Part shown: positions 28,637 through 34,891 of the stretch, in pieces
Position numbering within the stretch: position 1 is the stretch's first letter
How the letters are laid out: each line of letters begins with the position of its first letter
Sequence record: MK327932.1
Strand: one strand, 5' to 3'
Origin: Escherichia phage vB_EcoM_G2248
DNA length: 64,000 bases
The notes under the pieces: generated by a model
Told to the model about the DNA's origin: nothing
Databases searched by the model: none
What the model saw: the letters and a program-made list of their open reading frames with translations, nothing else
Made by a program: the position numbers and the translations under genes

Positions 28637-28706
28637 TGTTTGATTCTCCTAAGTGGTATCTCGTCTTGATGGTTGCATTGTAGGGGAGTTATCCTCCCCT
28701 GTCAAC
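28637..28706 (-). promoter_or_regulatory. PeSL-like early promoter cassette
   Basis: Minus strand: TTGACA, GGGGAGGATAACTCCCC palindromic spacer, TACAAT, leader, RBS. Confidence 0.6.
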
Positions 28707-28721
28707 ACTTTTTATAAAATT

Positions 28722-28886
28722 ATTTGTTAATTTCTGGTGCGTTGCTAGGATAGTAACCTTCTTTAACTCCGAGGTATTTCGCAACCATCCCTACAATCTT
28801 CTGTGCTACTACAATGTCAAATTTCAGATAATCTTCGCCGTGGGTTTCAATGATATATGCTTCACATGCTGCTTTAGTCTCGAACA
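28722..28886 (-). CDS. Small hypothetical protein (~55 aa), duplicated gene copy 1
   Basis: MFETKAACEAY...; near-identical at nucleotide level to the copy at 32000..32167, including flanks. Confidence 0.45.
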
Positions 28887-28887
28887 T

Positions 28888-28950
28888 TTTGATTCTCCTA
28901 TTTCGTTTCGGTATGTGTGTAGTATAGGGGATCTCCCGATCCCCGTCAAC
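28888..28950 (-). promoter_or_regulatory. PeSL-like early promoter cassette
   Basis: Minus strand: TTGACG, GGGATCGGGAGATCCCC palindromic spacer, TATACT, leader, RBS. Confidence 0.55.
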
Positions 28951-28963
28951 AACTTTTTTAAAA

Positions 28964-29245
28964 TTATTCGTGATTAGTTTCGATGTTGTGCATTTTGCAC
29001 CAGTTCAGCCAATCACCCAGATCCTGATAGTTAATGCTTTTATCTGCTGCCATCGTTTTTGTCTTGATACCCATATGTGCGTTATGAGTAAGCATTTTTA
29101 CAGTGAACTCGATTTTATCGCCTTTAGCTTTAACATCAACCAGTTTGGTCCACTGGCTACCAGCGCCGCGAATGTTCATGCCAACGATGTTTCCGATGTA
29201 TGCTTCTTTGTTTTTCATGATTTCGGTTGCTTTGATGAATTTCAT
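28964..29245 (-). CDS. Small hypothetical early protein (93 aa)
   Basis: ORF with PeSL cassette upstream. Confidence 0.45.
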   Translation of the reverse strand: MKFIKATEIMKNKEAYIGNIVGMNIRGAGSQWTKLVDVKAKGDKIEFTVKMLTHNAHMGIKTKTMAADKSINYQDLGDWLNWCKMHNIETNHE

Positions 29246-29309
29246 TTTTGATTCTCCAATTCGTTTCGGTATGGGTGTATTATGCTATGTTCTTACTTTG
29301 GTGTCAACA
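29246..29309 (-). promoter_or_regulatory. PeSL-like early promoter cassette
   Basis: Minus strand: TTGACA ... CATAAT, leader, GGAGAATCAAAAATG. Confidence 0.55.
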
Positions 29310-29314
29310 ACTTT

Positions 29315-29584
29315 TTAGATATTTTCAGAAATAAATTTTAAAACTTGACGTAAATGTTTCTCATCTTTGATAGTCGCCGGAAGTTCTTCTTTTACTTCTT
29401 GTGCAAGATAGATATTTCCGTTCCAAGTGAAAGATCCGTCTTCGTTTACGCGATAGCTGAACATCCACTCGCAATCATTTTCGATTTCATATACACACAG
29501 AAGGGTGTAATCGTTAAAGCTATTGATTTCAAGGTCGAAGCCGTGACGTTTTGCAAAGTTGGTAGTGGTTTTAGTCAGTACCAT
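29315..29584 (-). CDS. Small hypothetical early protein (89 aa)
   Basis: ORF with PeSL cassette upstream. Confidence 0.45.
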   Translation of the reverse strand: MVLTKTTTNFAKRHGFDLEINSFNDYTLLCVYEIENDCEWMFSYRVNEDGSFTWNGNIYLAQEVKEELPATIKDEKHLRQVLKFISENI

Positions 29585-29654
29585 TGTTTGATTCTCCTAA
29601 GTGGTATCTCGTTTCGATGGTTGTATTATGCTATACACAGGATCTGGTGTCAAT
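29585..29654 (-). promoter_or_regulatory. PeSL-like early promoter cassette
   Basis: Minus strand TTGACA ... CATAAT-like; followed upstream by a terminator hairpin (29686..29703). Confidence 0.55.
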
Positions 29655-29710
29655 ACCTTTTTTAAAAATTTTGGCAATAAAAAAGCCGACACTAAGGTCG
29701 GCTAATAAAA

Positions 29711-30019
29711 TCAACGAGATAGATAATCGTTTTGCGCGATCTGGTCGGCGTATGCTGGTGTTACGTCAATCGCCAGCACTTTAACGCGTGCTTTCTTGCG
29801 ACCTGGGTTTTCTCGTAACCAGTGCTCATGACCGTGAACATTTTTATACTGCGATGCTTCTTCGAAGGTACGGATCGGACCTGGGTAATCAGCGTAAAGG
29901 ATCTCTAGATCTTCGGTGATGTAAAAATATACATCGTAATTGCTGTTCTCTAGCTTAAGCAGAGACTTTCGGAACATTGGGAGATTTTCGCGGGTAAATT
30001 CAAAGATATTATCTTTCAT
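29711..30019 (-). CDS. H-x-H-W family small protein, paralog A (102 aa)
   Basis: YFYITEDLEILY ... HGHEHW ... VKVLAIDVT shared with six other ORFs in the block. Confidence 0.5.
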   Translation of the reverse strand: MKDNIFEFTRENLPMFRKSLLKLENSNYDVYFYITEDLEILYADYPGPIRTFEEASQYKNVHGHEHWLRENPGRKKARVKVLAIDVTPAYADQIAQNDYLSR

Positions 30020-30075
30020 AGTATTATCCTCAATAGTTGGATGAAAAGGGGGGGGGGGGCTTAATGCCCCGTATA

Positions 30076-30363
30076 TTAAAACAGTCCTTCCTGTACACCG
30101 TAGTAGAGTTCATCGCTGATAATTTCATTAATGCGACGGTGTGCATATTCCTGATTTGCGAAGTTGTCAGCAAGTTCTACTTTAGTTTCGCCGTCATGAG
30201 TCCATTTAGTGATAACTTTACCATCTGCAAATTTGAAGTTGAACTCTTTAGCTACCGCATCGCGTACCAGACGTGCAAACTTATTGTTGCGGATTGCATT
30301 GTCGGTTTCGTGTGCAGCGTGAGCGAATTTGTTAACTTTCAGAGTGATAGTAATGTATGCCAT
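30076..30363 (-). CDS. Small hypothetical protein (95 aa), paralog of the 33627..33938 ORF
   Basis: Shares the segment VR.A.AKEFN.K with the ORF at 33627..33938. Confidence 0.45.
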   Translation of the reverse strand: MAYITITLKVNKFAHAAHETDNAIRNNKFARLVRDAVAKEFNFKFADGKVITKWTHDGETKVELADNFANQEYAHRRINEIISDELYYGVQEGLF

Positions 30364-30439
30364 AATTTGATTCTCCTAGTTAGAAAGTGTATCTCGTTTC
30401 GATGGGGATATTATGCTATATCCCCGATCCGGTGTCAAC
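30364..30439 (-). promoter_or_regulatory. PeSL-like early promoter cassette
   Basis: Minus strand: TTGACA, CCGGATCGGGGATATAG spacer, CATAAT. Confidence 0.55.
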
Positions 30440-30444
30440 ACTTT

Positions 30445-30723
30445 TTATAAAATAATTTTTTGATATTTTTCTATGATGTTCGTGTAAGTCACATCAACCG
30501 CTAGCACCGTTGCTTCGAATCCACCGTTTAGCCAATGGCTATGATCATGATCGTGAAAGAAACCTAGACCAGTACGAAGACCTTCTTTATATTCTGCGCG
30601 TACATTCAGTTTGTCGTCGATAAACAGATAAAACCATGAATTTTTACTAGGATTGATGATACAACCTTTCAGATTAGGGAGAATATCACGACTAAGAATA
30701 AACTTATCACCTACTTTGAACAT
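30445..30723 (-). CDS. H-x-H-W family small protein, paralog B
   Basis: WFYLFIDDKLNV ... HDHDHSHW ... VLAVDVT; start taken at MFKVGDKF. Confidence 0.5.
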   Translation of the reverse strand: MFKVGDKFILSRDILPNLKGCIINPSKNSWFYLFIDDKLNVRAEYKEGLRTGLGFFHDHDHSHWLNGGFEATVLAVDVTYTNIIEKYQKIIL

Positions 30724-30737
30724 AATATTTTCCTCAC

Positions 30738-31046
30738 TTATAAAGTTTGACCGTTGTTTTTCGCGTAATGCTGAATGCGTGCTTGATCTGCTTCCGCTGG
30801 TGATAGATTCCATGCGATCACTACAACTTCTGGCGCATCATGATCATTATCACTTACCCAATGATTATGATTCATACAATTGTTTGCTATCGCGTGAGCA
30901 AATGATCTCATTACCGGAGACGTATAATCATAGTAACGGATTTTCAGATTTTCATCAACGTACAAGTAGATCGTATACGGCTTATATTCAGTAACCAGTA
31001 ACAGACAGTTACGCAATTCTGGGAAAATCTTTTTAGTTAATTTCAT
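30738..31046 (-). CDS. H-x-H-W family small protein, paralog C
   Basis: YLYVDENLKIRY ... NHNHW ... VVVIAW; start at MKLTKKIF with GAGGA RBS. Confidence 0.5.
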   Translation of the reverse strand: MKLTKKIFPELRNCLLLVTEYKPYTIYLYVDENLKIRYYDYTSPVMRSFAHAIANNCMNHNHWVSDNDHDAPEVVVIAWNLSPAEADQARIQHYAKNNGQTL

Positions 31047-31047
31047 T

Positions 31048-31278
31048 TTATAATCCTCGGTCGCGGCTATAGTACACGGTACGCCATACAATTTCATGTT
31101 TCGTGTCGCTCCAGCACACGATCTCATTTACTCTTAAATCTTTGTTATCAACAAAAGATGAACATTGTGACGCTTCTTTCATCATTTTATCTGCTGTTTT
31201 CTCATCAAATACAGCACAGATTTCTTTATACACTCGATAATCTTTGAATTGACTCTGGATACCCATAATTAACACCAC
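31048..31278 (-). CDS. Small Cys-containing protein (76 aa), paralog pair member 1
   Basis: FKDY.VYKEI..VF.E..A.KMM.EAS.C.SF shared with the next ORF. Confidence 0.45.
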   Translation of the reverse strand: MVLIMGIQSQFKDYRVYKEICAVFDEKTADKMMKEASQCSSFVDNKDLRVNEIVCWSDTKHEIVWRTVYYSRDRGL

Positions 31279-31478
31279 TCAAGAGTTTTTGAAAACACAT
31301 CTATCCATTGTTGAGTATATGCGGTTTCTTTCCATGAGACAATACCAGTAGAATAATGGTTTTTGTTTCCAGAAAAGGACGGGCATTTTGATGCATCTTC
31401 CATCATCTTTTCGGCGAACTCTGGTTCGTATACTCGCAAGATCTGTTGATATGCTTTATAATCTTTAAATTTGCTCAT
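31269..31478 (-). CDS. Small Cys-containing protein (69 aa), paralog pair member 2
   Basis: SKFKDYKAYQQILRVYEPEFAEKMMEDASKCPSF paralogous to the preceding ORF. Confidence 0.45.
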   Translation of the reverse strand: MSKFKDYKAYQQILRVYEPEFAEKMMEDASKCPSFSGNKNHYSTGIVSWKETAYTQQWIDVFSKTLEWC

Positions 31479-31743
31479 AATCGTTAACTACCTTATCAGC
31501 TTCTTTTATTGTTTTTACATCAACTGCGATAACCCGTAAAGGTTCGTCATGGTTCCACCAATGATCGTGAATATCGGCTTGTGATTTATCACCAAAGGAA
31601 TCACGAATATCATTTTTACATTTATAGCTAATGTGACCGTCATAGTCAACATAAAGGTAATTATCGAAAATCGGCGTTTTTAAGATCATACCGAAAAATC
31701 TTTCTTTGTGTGTCTTATCCAGCGTTGCAGTAATTCGCATCAT
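31465..31743 (-). CDS. H-x-H-W family small protein, paralog D
   Basis: YLYVDYDGHISY ... IHDHWW ... VIAVDV. Confidence 0.5.
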   Translation of the reverse strand: MMRITATLDKTHKERFFGMILKTPIFDNYLYVDYDGHISYKCKNDIRDSFGDKSQADIHDHWWNHDEPLRVIAVDVKTIKEADKVVNDYEQI

Positions 31744-31755
31744 AATATATTCCTC

Positions 31756-31935
31756 TTAGAAAGGGATGGTCATTTCTTGAGCTTGTACATTCTCGTTAGG
31801 ATTAAACTTCATCCAACCGATATTGTCTACCAGCATATGTACATTTTTATCATATCCTACTTGAGTAGTCAACACTAAATGTGCTTTACCTTCAACGATG
31901 ATTTCCATGTACTTCTGAACTTCGATAGCTTTCAT
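31756..31935 (-). CDS. Small hypothetical early protein (~59 aa)
   Basis: ORF below the track cut-off, preceded by a PeSL cassette and GGAGAATCAAAATG context. Confidence 0.35.
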   Translation of the reverse strand: MKAIEVQKYMEIIVEGKAHLVLTTQVGYDKNVHMLVDNIGWMKFNPNENVQAQEMTIPF

Positions 31936-31997
31936 TTTGATTCTCCGTTTGTTGTCTTGATGGGAGTATCTTACTACTCCCTTTAATCATTGTCAAC
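31936..31997 (-). promoter_or_regulatory. PeSL-like early promoter cassette
   Basis: Minus strand: TTGACA ... GGGAGTAGTAAGATACTCCC palindrome ... leader. Confidence 0.5.
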
Positions 31998-31999
31998 GA

Positions 32000-32167
32000 T
32001 TATTTGTTAATTTCCGGTGCGTTGCTTGGATAGTAGCCTTCTTTAACACCCAGATATTTTGCAACCATTCCGGTGATCTTCTGTGCTACTACGATATCGA
32101 ATTTCAGGTAGTCTTCACCGTGGTTTGCTACAATGTATGCTTCGCATTCTGCTTTAGTCTGGAACAT
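32000..32167 (-). CDS. Small hypothetical protein (~55 aa), duplicated gene copy 2
   Basis: MFQTKAECEAY...; near-identical to 28722..28886; the ORF-track start at 32203 runs into the promoter, so the internal ATG with GGAGAATCAAAAATG context is used. Confidence 0.45.
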   Translation of the reverse strand: MFQTKAECEAYIVANHGEDYLKFDIVVAQKITGMVAKYLGVKEGYYPSNAPEINK

Positions 32168-32232
32168 TTTTGATTCTCCTATATCTCGTTGGTATGTGTG
32201 CATTATAGGGGATCTCCCGATCCCCTGTCAAC
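32168..32232 (-). promoter_or_regulatory. PeSL-like early promoter cassette
   Basis: Minus strand: TTGACA, GGGGATCGGGAGATCCCC palindromic spacer, TATAAT. Confidence 0.6.
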
Positions 32233-32240
32233 AACTTTTT

Positions 32241-32576
32241 TTATTCTTTATACGCATATTTCATAAATTTGTCTGCTACTTCATCGGCATGTTCCGATTC
32301 TACGCCGGATTCGAGAACAATAGCAAGGTCGGTTTCGTCGTGACCTTCGTACCAGTGATTATGTGTGTCGTTTGAATCAATATAGAATTTATCACCTTCG
32401 TAAGTTCGAGCAAATACATCTAAATTCTCGTCGATGTAAAAGATCCAATCTTCATAAAGAATAACCGTATTAGCCAGATTTTTATTGCCTTCAACGAAAG
32501 GTTCGACTACAAACAAATTAGTATTTTCCTCAAAATTATACAGCTTCGTAAACTTCCCAATGTTCAGCGCCAACAC
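32241..32576 (-). CDS. H-x-H-W family small protein, paralog E (start uncertain)
   Basis: WIFYIDENLDVF ... THNHWY ... LAIVLESG; the N-terminus overlaps the next ORF so the true start may be internal. Confidence 0.45.
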   Translation of the reverse strand: MLALNIGKFTKLYNFEENTNLFVVEPFVEGNKNLANTVILYEDWIFYIDENLDVFARTYEGDKFYIDSNDTHNHWYEGHDETDLAIVLESGVESEHADEVADKFMKYAYKE

Positions 32577-32727
32577 GCTTAACGAAAAGGTTTTCTTTGA
32601 TGTTATTCATAAACGTCTGGATGGATTTAATGCGGTTGGAAGGTTTCCAGTCTTTGTTGGCATTGCGGCGATACATAATAATATTACCAGTTCGCTTATA
32701 TTCAGCAACCATTTTAAGACCACACAT
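32536..32727 (-). CDS. Small hypothetical early protein (63 aa)
   Basis: ORF directly downstream of a PeSL cassette. Confidence 0.4.
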   Translation of the reverse strand: MCGLKMVAEYKRTGNIIMYRRNANKDWKPSNRIKSIQTFMNNIKENLFVKRVGAEHWEVYEAV

Positions 32728-32783
32728 AATATTATCCTCAATTTGTGGGAGAGTATTACCCTCCCGATTATTGTTATACTACA

Positions 32784-33086
32784 TTACGCAAAATGGCGTG
32801 TCAATGCTTCTTTTGCTGTTCCGCTAAGATTCTCGATCTCTCCTGGCATAACATCAACCGCCAGAACTTCTACAACATCCTCTGATCCTAACCAGTGAGT
32901 ATGACCTTTGTAGAACTTGATATCCCATTTATCGCTATCGCTAGCCCACCACACATCACCGTCTATAAAGTTGATGTAAAGCACACTACGACACATTGAA
33001 TTAGTTACTTTCAATACTGCGCCTTTCATCTCTTCCACGGTATGGTCTTCCATTTTGAAGACCTCGCCTACCTTAACTTTTGCCAT
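32784..33086 (-). CDS. H-x-H-W family small protein, paralog F
   Basis: LYINFIDGDVWW ... KGHTHW ... VEVLAVDVMP; start at MAKVKVGEV. Confidence 0.5.
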   Translation of the reverse strand: MAKVKVGEVFKMEDHTVEEMKGAVLKVTNSMCRSVLYINFIDGDVWWASDSDKWDIKFYKGHTHWLGSEDVVEVLAVDVMPGEIENLSGTAKEALTRHFA

Positions 33087-33087
33087 G

Positions 33088-33354
33088 TTACATGCTCCGA
33101 ATATGTTTAGATGCATCTTCCAGTTCGTCGATAGTGACACTGTGAGCCAGTAAGTGTACTGGTTGTGGTTCTTCACCTTCCATAGTATTGATCAGATGAC
33201 CGTTTCCTGGGTGGAATGTATCGTTGCCGTTCCAAATAGCATACACATCATCTTCTGTTACGTAGATAATAAGTCCAATCGGTGATTCTGGTAATTGAAA
33301 AATTTTACCCACTGCATCTTTGCGATTGTTTACGATATCTTTTACTGTCTTCAT
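33088..33354 (-). CDS. Divergent H-x-H-family-like small protein, paralog G (88 aa)
   Basis: IIYVTEDDVYAIW ... HPGNGH ... VHLLAHSV follows the family layout with weaker motif conservation. Confidence 0.4.
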   Translation of the reverse strand: MKTVKDIVNNRKDAVGKIFQLPESPIGLIIYVTEDDVYAIWNGNDTFHPGNGHLINTMEGEEPQPVHLLAHSVTIDELEDASKHIRSM

Positions 33355-33373
33355 TTAGTTACCTCTCGTTAAA

Positions 33374-33553
33374 TTACATCACAATCACGCCAGCCGTTGA
33401 AAGTTGATGTTTCAACTGAGCATTTTCTGCTACTGTCAAATCAATGATTTCTTGTGACGCTGCAATCATATAGCCATTGGTGATATTGTTTTGCATCAGT
33501 TCAATGGTTTCTTCGTTGTAGCGGATTTTAGCGATGATTTCGTTGAAGTTCAT
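33374..33553 (-). CDS. Small hypothetical early protein (~59 aa)
   Basis: Start taken at MNFNEII directly after a PeSL cassette. Confidence 0.4.
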   Translation of the reverse strand: MNFNEIIAKIRYNEETIELMQNNITNGYMIAASQEIIDLTVAENAQLKHQLSTAGVIVM

Positions 33554-33618
33554 GTTTGATTCTCCTAGTTCGTTTCGGTATGTGTGTATTATAGGGGAGT
33601 TTAACCTCACCTGTCAAC
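33554..33618 (-). promoter_or_regulatory. PeSL-like early promoter cassette
   Basis: Minus strand: TTGACA ... TATAAT, leader ACCGAAACGA, GGAGAATCAAACATG. Confidence 0.6.
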
Positions 33619-33626
33619 AACTTTTT

Positions 33627-33938
33627 TTAAAGTTTTTCCATGATAACGGTCATAATTACATCTTCTGCGCGAGCGGTCAGATTATCAGCGTCAGTATGTG
33701 GGCGGTTGGTTGTTACAGAGATAACACCGTTGCGCACTGGTTTGATATTGATATCAAGATGATCCGCGAAACGTTCGCCAGTTACAGAATGAATTTTGGT
33801 GTTAAATTCTTTTGCCAGTGCCTTGCGAACTTCACGAATCAGGATAGCGTTTTTCAGTTGGTTCTCCGCGCTCATGGTCTTCTGGGTGTTCATGGTTCCG
33901 TCGAAGTCAATCATTGGCAGCGTTACGATGTATTTCAT
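33627..33938 (-). CDS. Small hypothetical protein (~103 aa), paralog of 30076..30363
   Basis: Start at MKYIVTL after a PeSL cassette; shares VRKALAKEFNTK with the 30076 ORF. Confidence 0.45.
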   Translation of the reverse strand: MKYIVTLPMIDFDGTMNTQKTMSAENQLKNAILIREVRKALAKEFNTKIHSVTGERFADHLDINIKPVRNGVISVTTNRPHTDADNLTARAEDVIMTVIMEKL

Positions 33939-34052
33939 TTTTGATTCTCCGTTTAAGAAAGTGTGTTTCGTTTTGATGTGTGTAGTATAGGGGATACGTG
34001 ATCCCCTTCGTTTTGATGTGTGTAGTATAGGGGATACGTGATCCCCTGTCAA
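33939..34052 (-). promoter_or_regulatory. PeSL-like early promoter cassette containing a perfect 40-bp tandem duplication
   Basis: The unit TCGTTTTGATGTGTGTAGTATAGGGGATACGTGATCCCCT occurs twice in direct tandem (33968..34007 and 34008..34047), duplicating the -10 region and stem-loop; -35 TTGACA lies just beyond. Confidence 0.6.
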
Positions 34053-34065
34053 CAACTTTTTTGAA

Positions 34066-34410
34066 TTATTTTTTCATGAGCTTAATGGCTTCTTCCATAG
34101 CCAGCACATTTCGATAGTTAGGGTATCGTGTTAGATCGTCATACATTCGCTTAAGGGTGGAAACTTCCTCAAACTCTGGGTTTTCTAGATATAGTTGAAC
34201 AAATTGTTTCTCTACCATCTCGGCTTTTAGCTTGTCTGCTTGTTCCTGTTCATATGATTTCGTTGGACCCAACACCAACAAAATGATAAAGGTGATCAAC
34301 GGGCTAATGATCAATGATAGGATAACATAACCGATAACGCTACGGTTTAAACGGCTTGCGTACATGCCTACCAGGAAAACAAAAAGGATATAGATAAACA
34401 GAAAGAACAT
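34066..34410 (-). CDS. Small membrane protein (114 aa)
   Basis: Two strongly hydrophobic N-terminal segments (FFLFIYILFVFLVGM, VILSLIISPLITFIILLVLG). Confidence 0.5.
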   Translation of the reverse strand: MFFLFIYILFVFLVGMYASRLNRSVIGYVILSLIISPLITFIILLVLGPTKSYEQEQADKLKAEMVEKQFVQLYLENPEFEEVSTLKRMYDDLTRYPNYRNVLAMEEAIKLMKK

Positions 34411-34417
34411 ATAATGG

Positions 34418-34891
34418 TTACTCCTTATTTTCGCGCTCGTACTTTTCGAAATAAAATTCTACTGGCTGGTCATGAATTGACAGCAAGCCAAAGCGTTTAG
34501 CCGCTCGCAATCCCATATTGCGCTGAATGTACTTCTGGAAGTTCTCGCGTATACACTTACGCCAGTATTCTAAGCCCATACAGCTTTTATAAAGATTGCA
34601 TTGCACACACGCCGGATTCATGTTATCAAGTATATCATGTTCCGGTTTATGCATTCCTACAACCTTATACTTCCACGATCCATCATCATTACGGGCAATT
34701 CGTCCATTTTCATCATAGACTACCTTTGAGCGTCGCAATACTGGTTTGATGTGGTCTGCGTGCCAGCGATCCCCTAGTTCCTCGCCACAATAGGCACAAC
34801 GTCCACCATATTTCATTTTCAGGATCTGGCGTTGCTCTTTCTTTGACAATTTTTTAGGTTTAGGGGCTTTCGCCCCTTCATTATCACACAT
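34418..34891 (-). CDS. HNH endonuclease
   Basis: CAYCGEELGDRWHADHIKPV ... NMNPACVQCN: HNH motif with two CxxC pairs; overlaps the 3' end of the ligase gene. Confidence 0.65.
   Translation of the reverse strand: MCDNEGAKAPKPKKLSKKEQRQILKMKYGGRCAYCGEELGDRWHADHIKPVLRRSKVVYDENGRIARNDDGSWKYKVVGMHKPEHDILDNMNPACVQCNLYKSCMGLEYWRKCIRENFQKYIQRNMGLRAAKRFGLLSIHDQPVEFYFEKYERENKE

Noticed and set aside
30037-30450. Plus-strand 137-aa ORF beginning with TTG and encoding a GGGG tract
   Set aside because: It is antisense to a minus-strand gene and a promoter cassette, starts at a weak TTG, and its Gly run is just the poly-G homopolymer read in frame.
26504-34052. Regularly recurring ~65-bp palindrome-containing repeats that could be mistaken for a CRISPR array
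   Set aside because: Spacing is irregular (200-1200 bp), each repeat contains -35/-10 promoter hexamers and precedes an RBS and ORF, and the repeat sequences are not identical. They are promoter/stem-loop cassettes, not CRISPR repeats.
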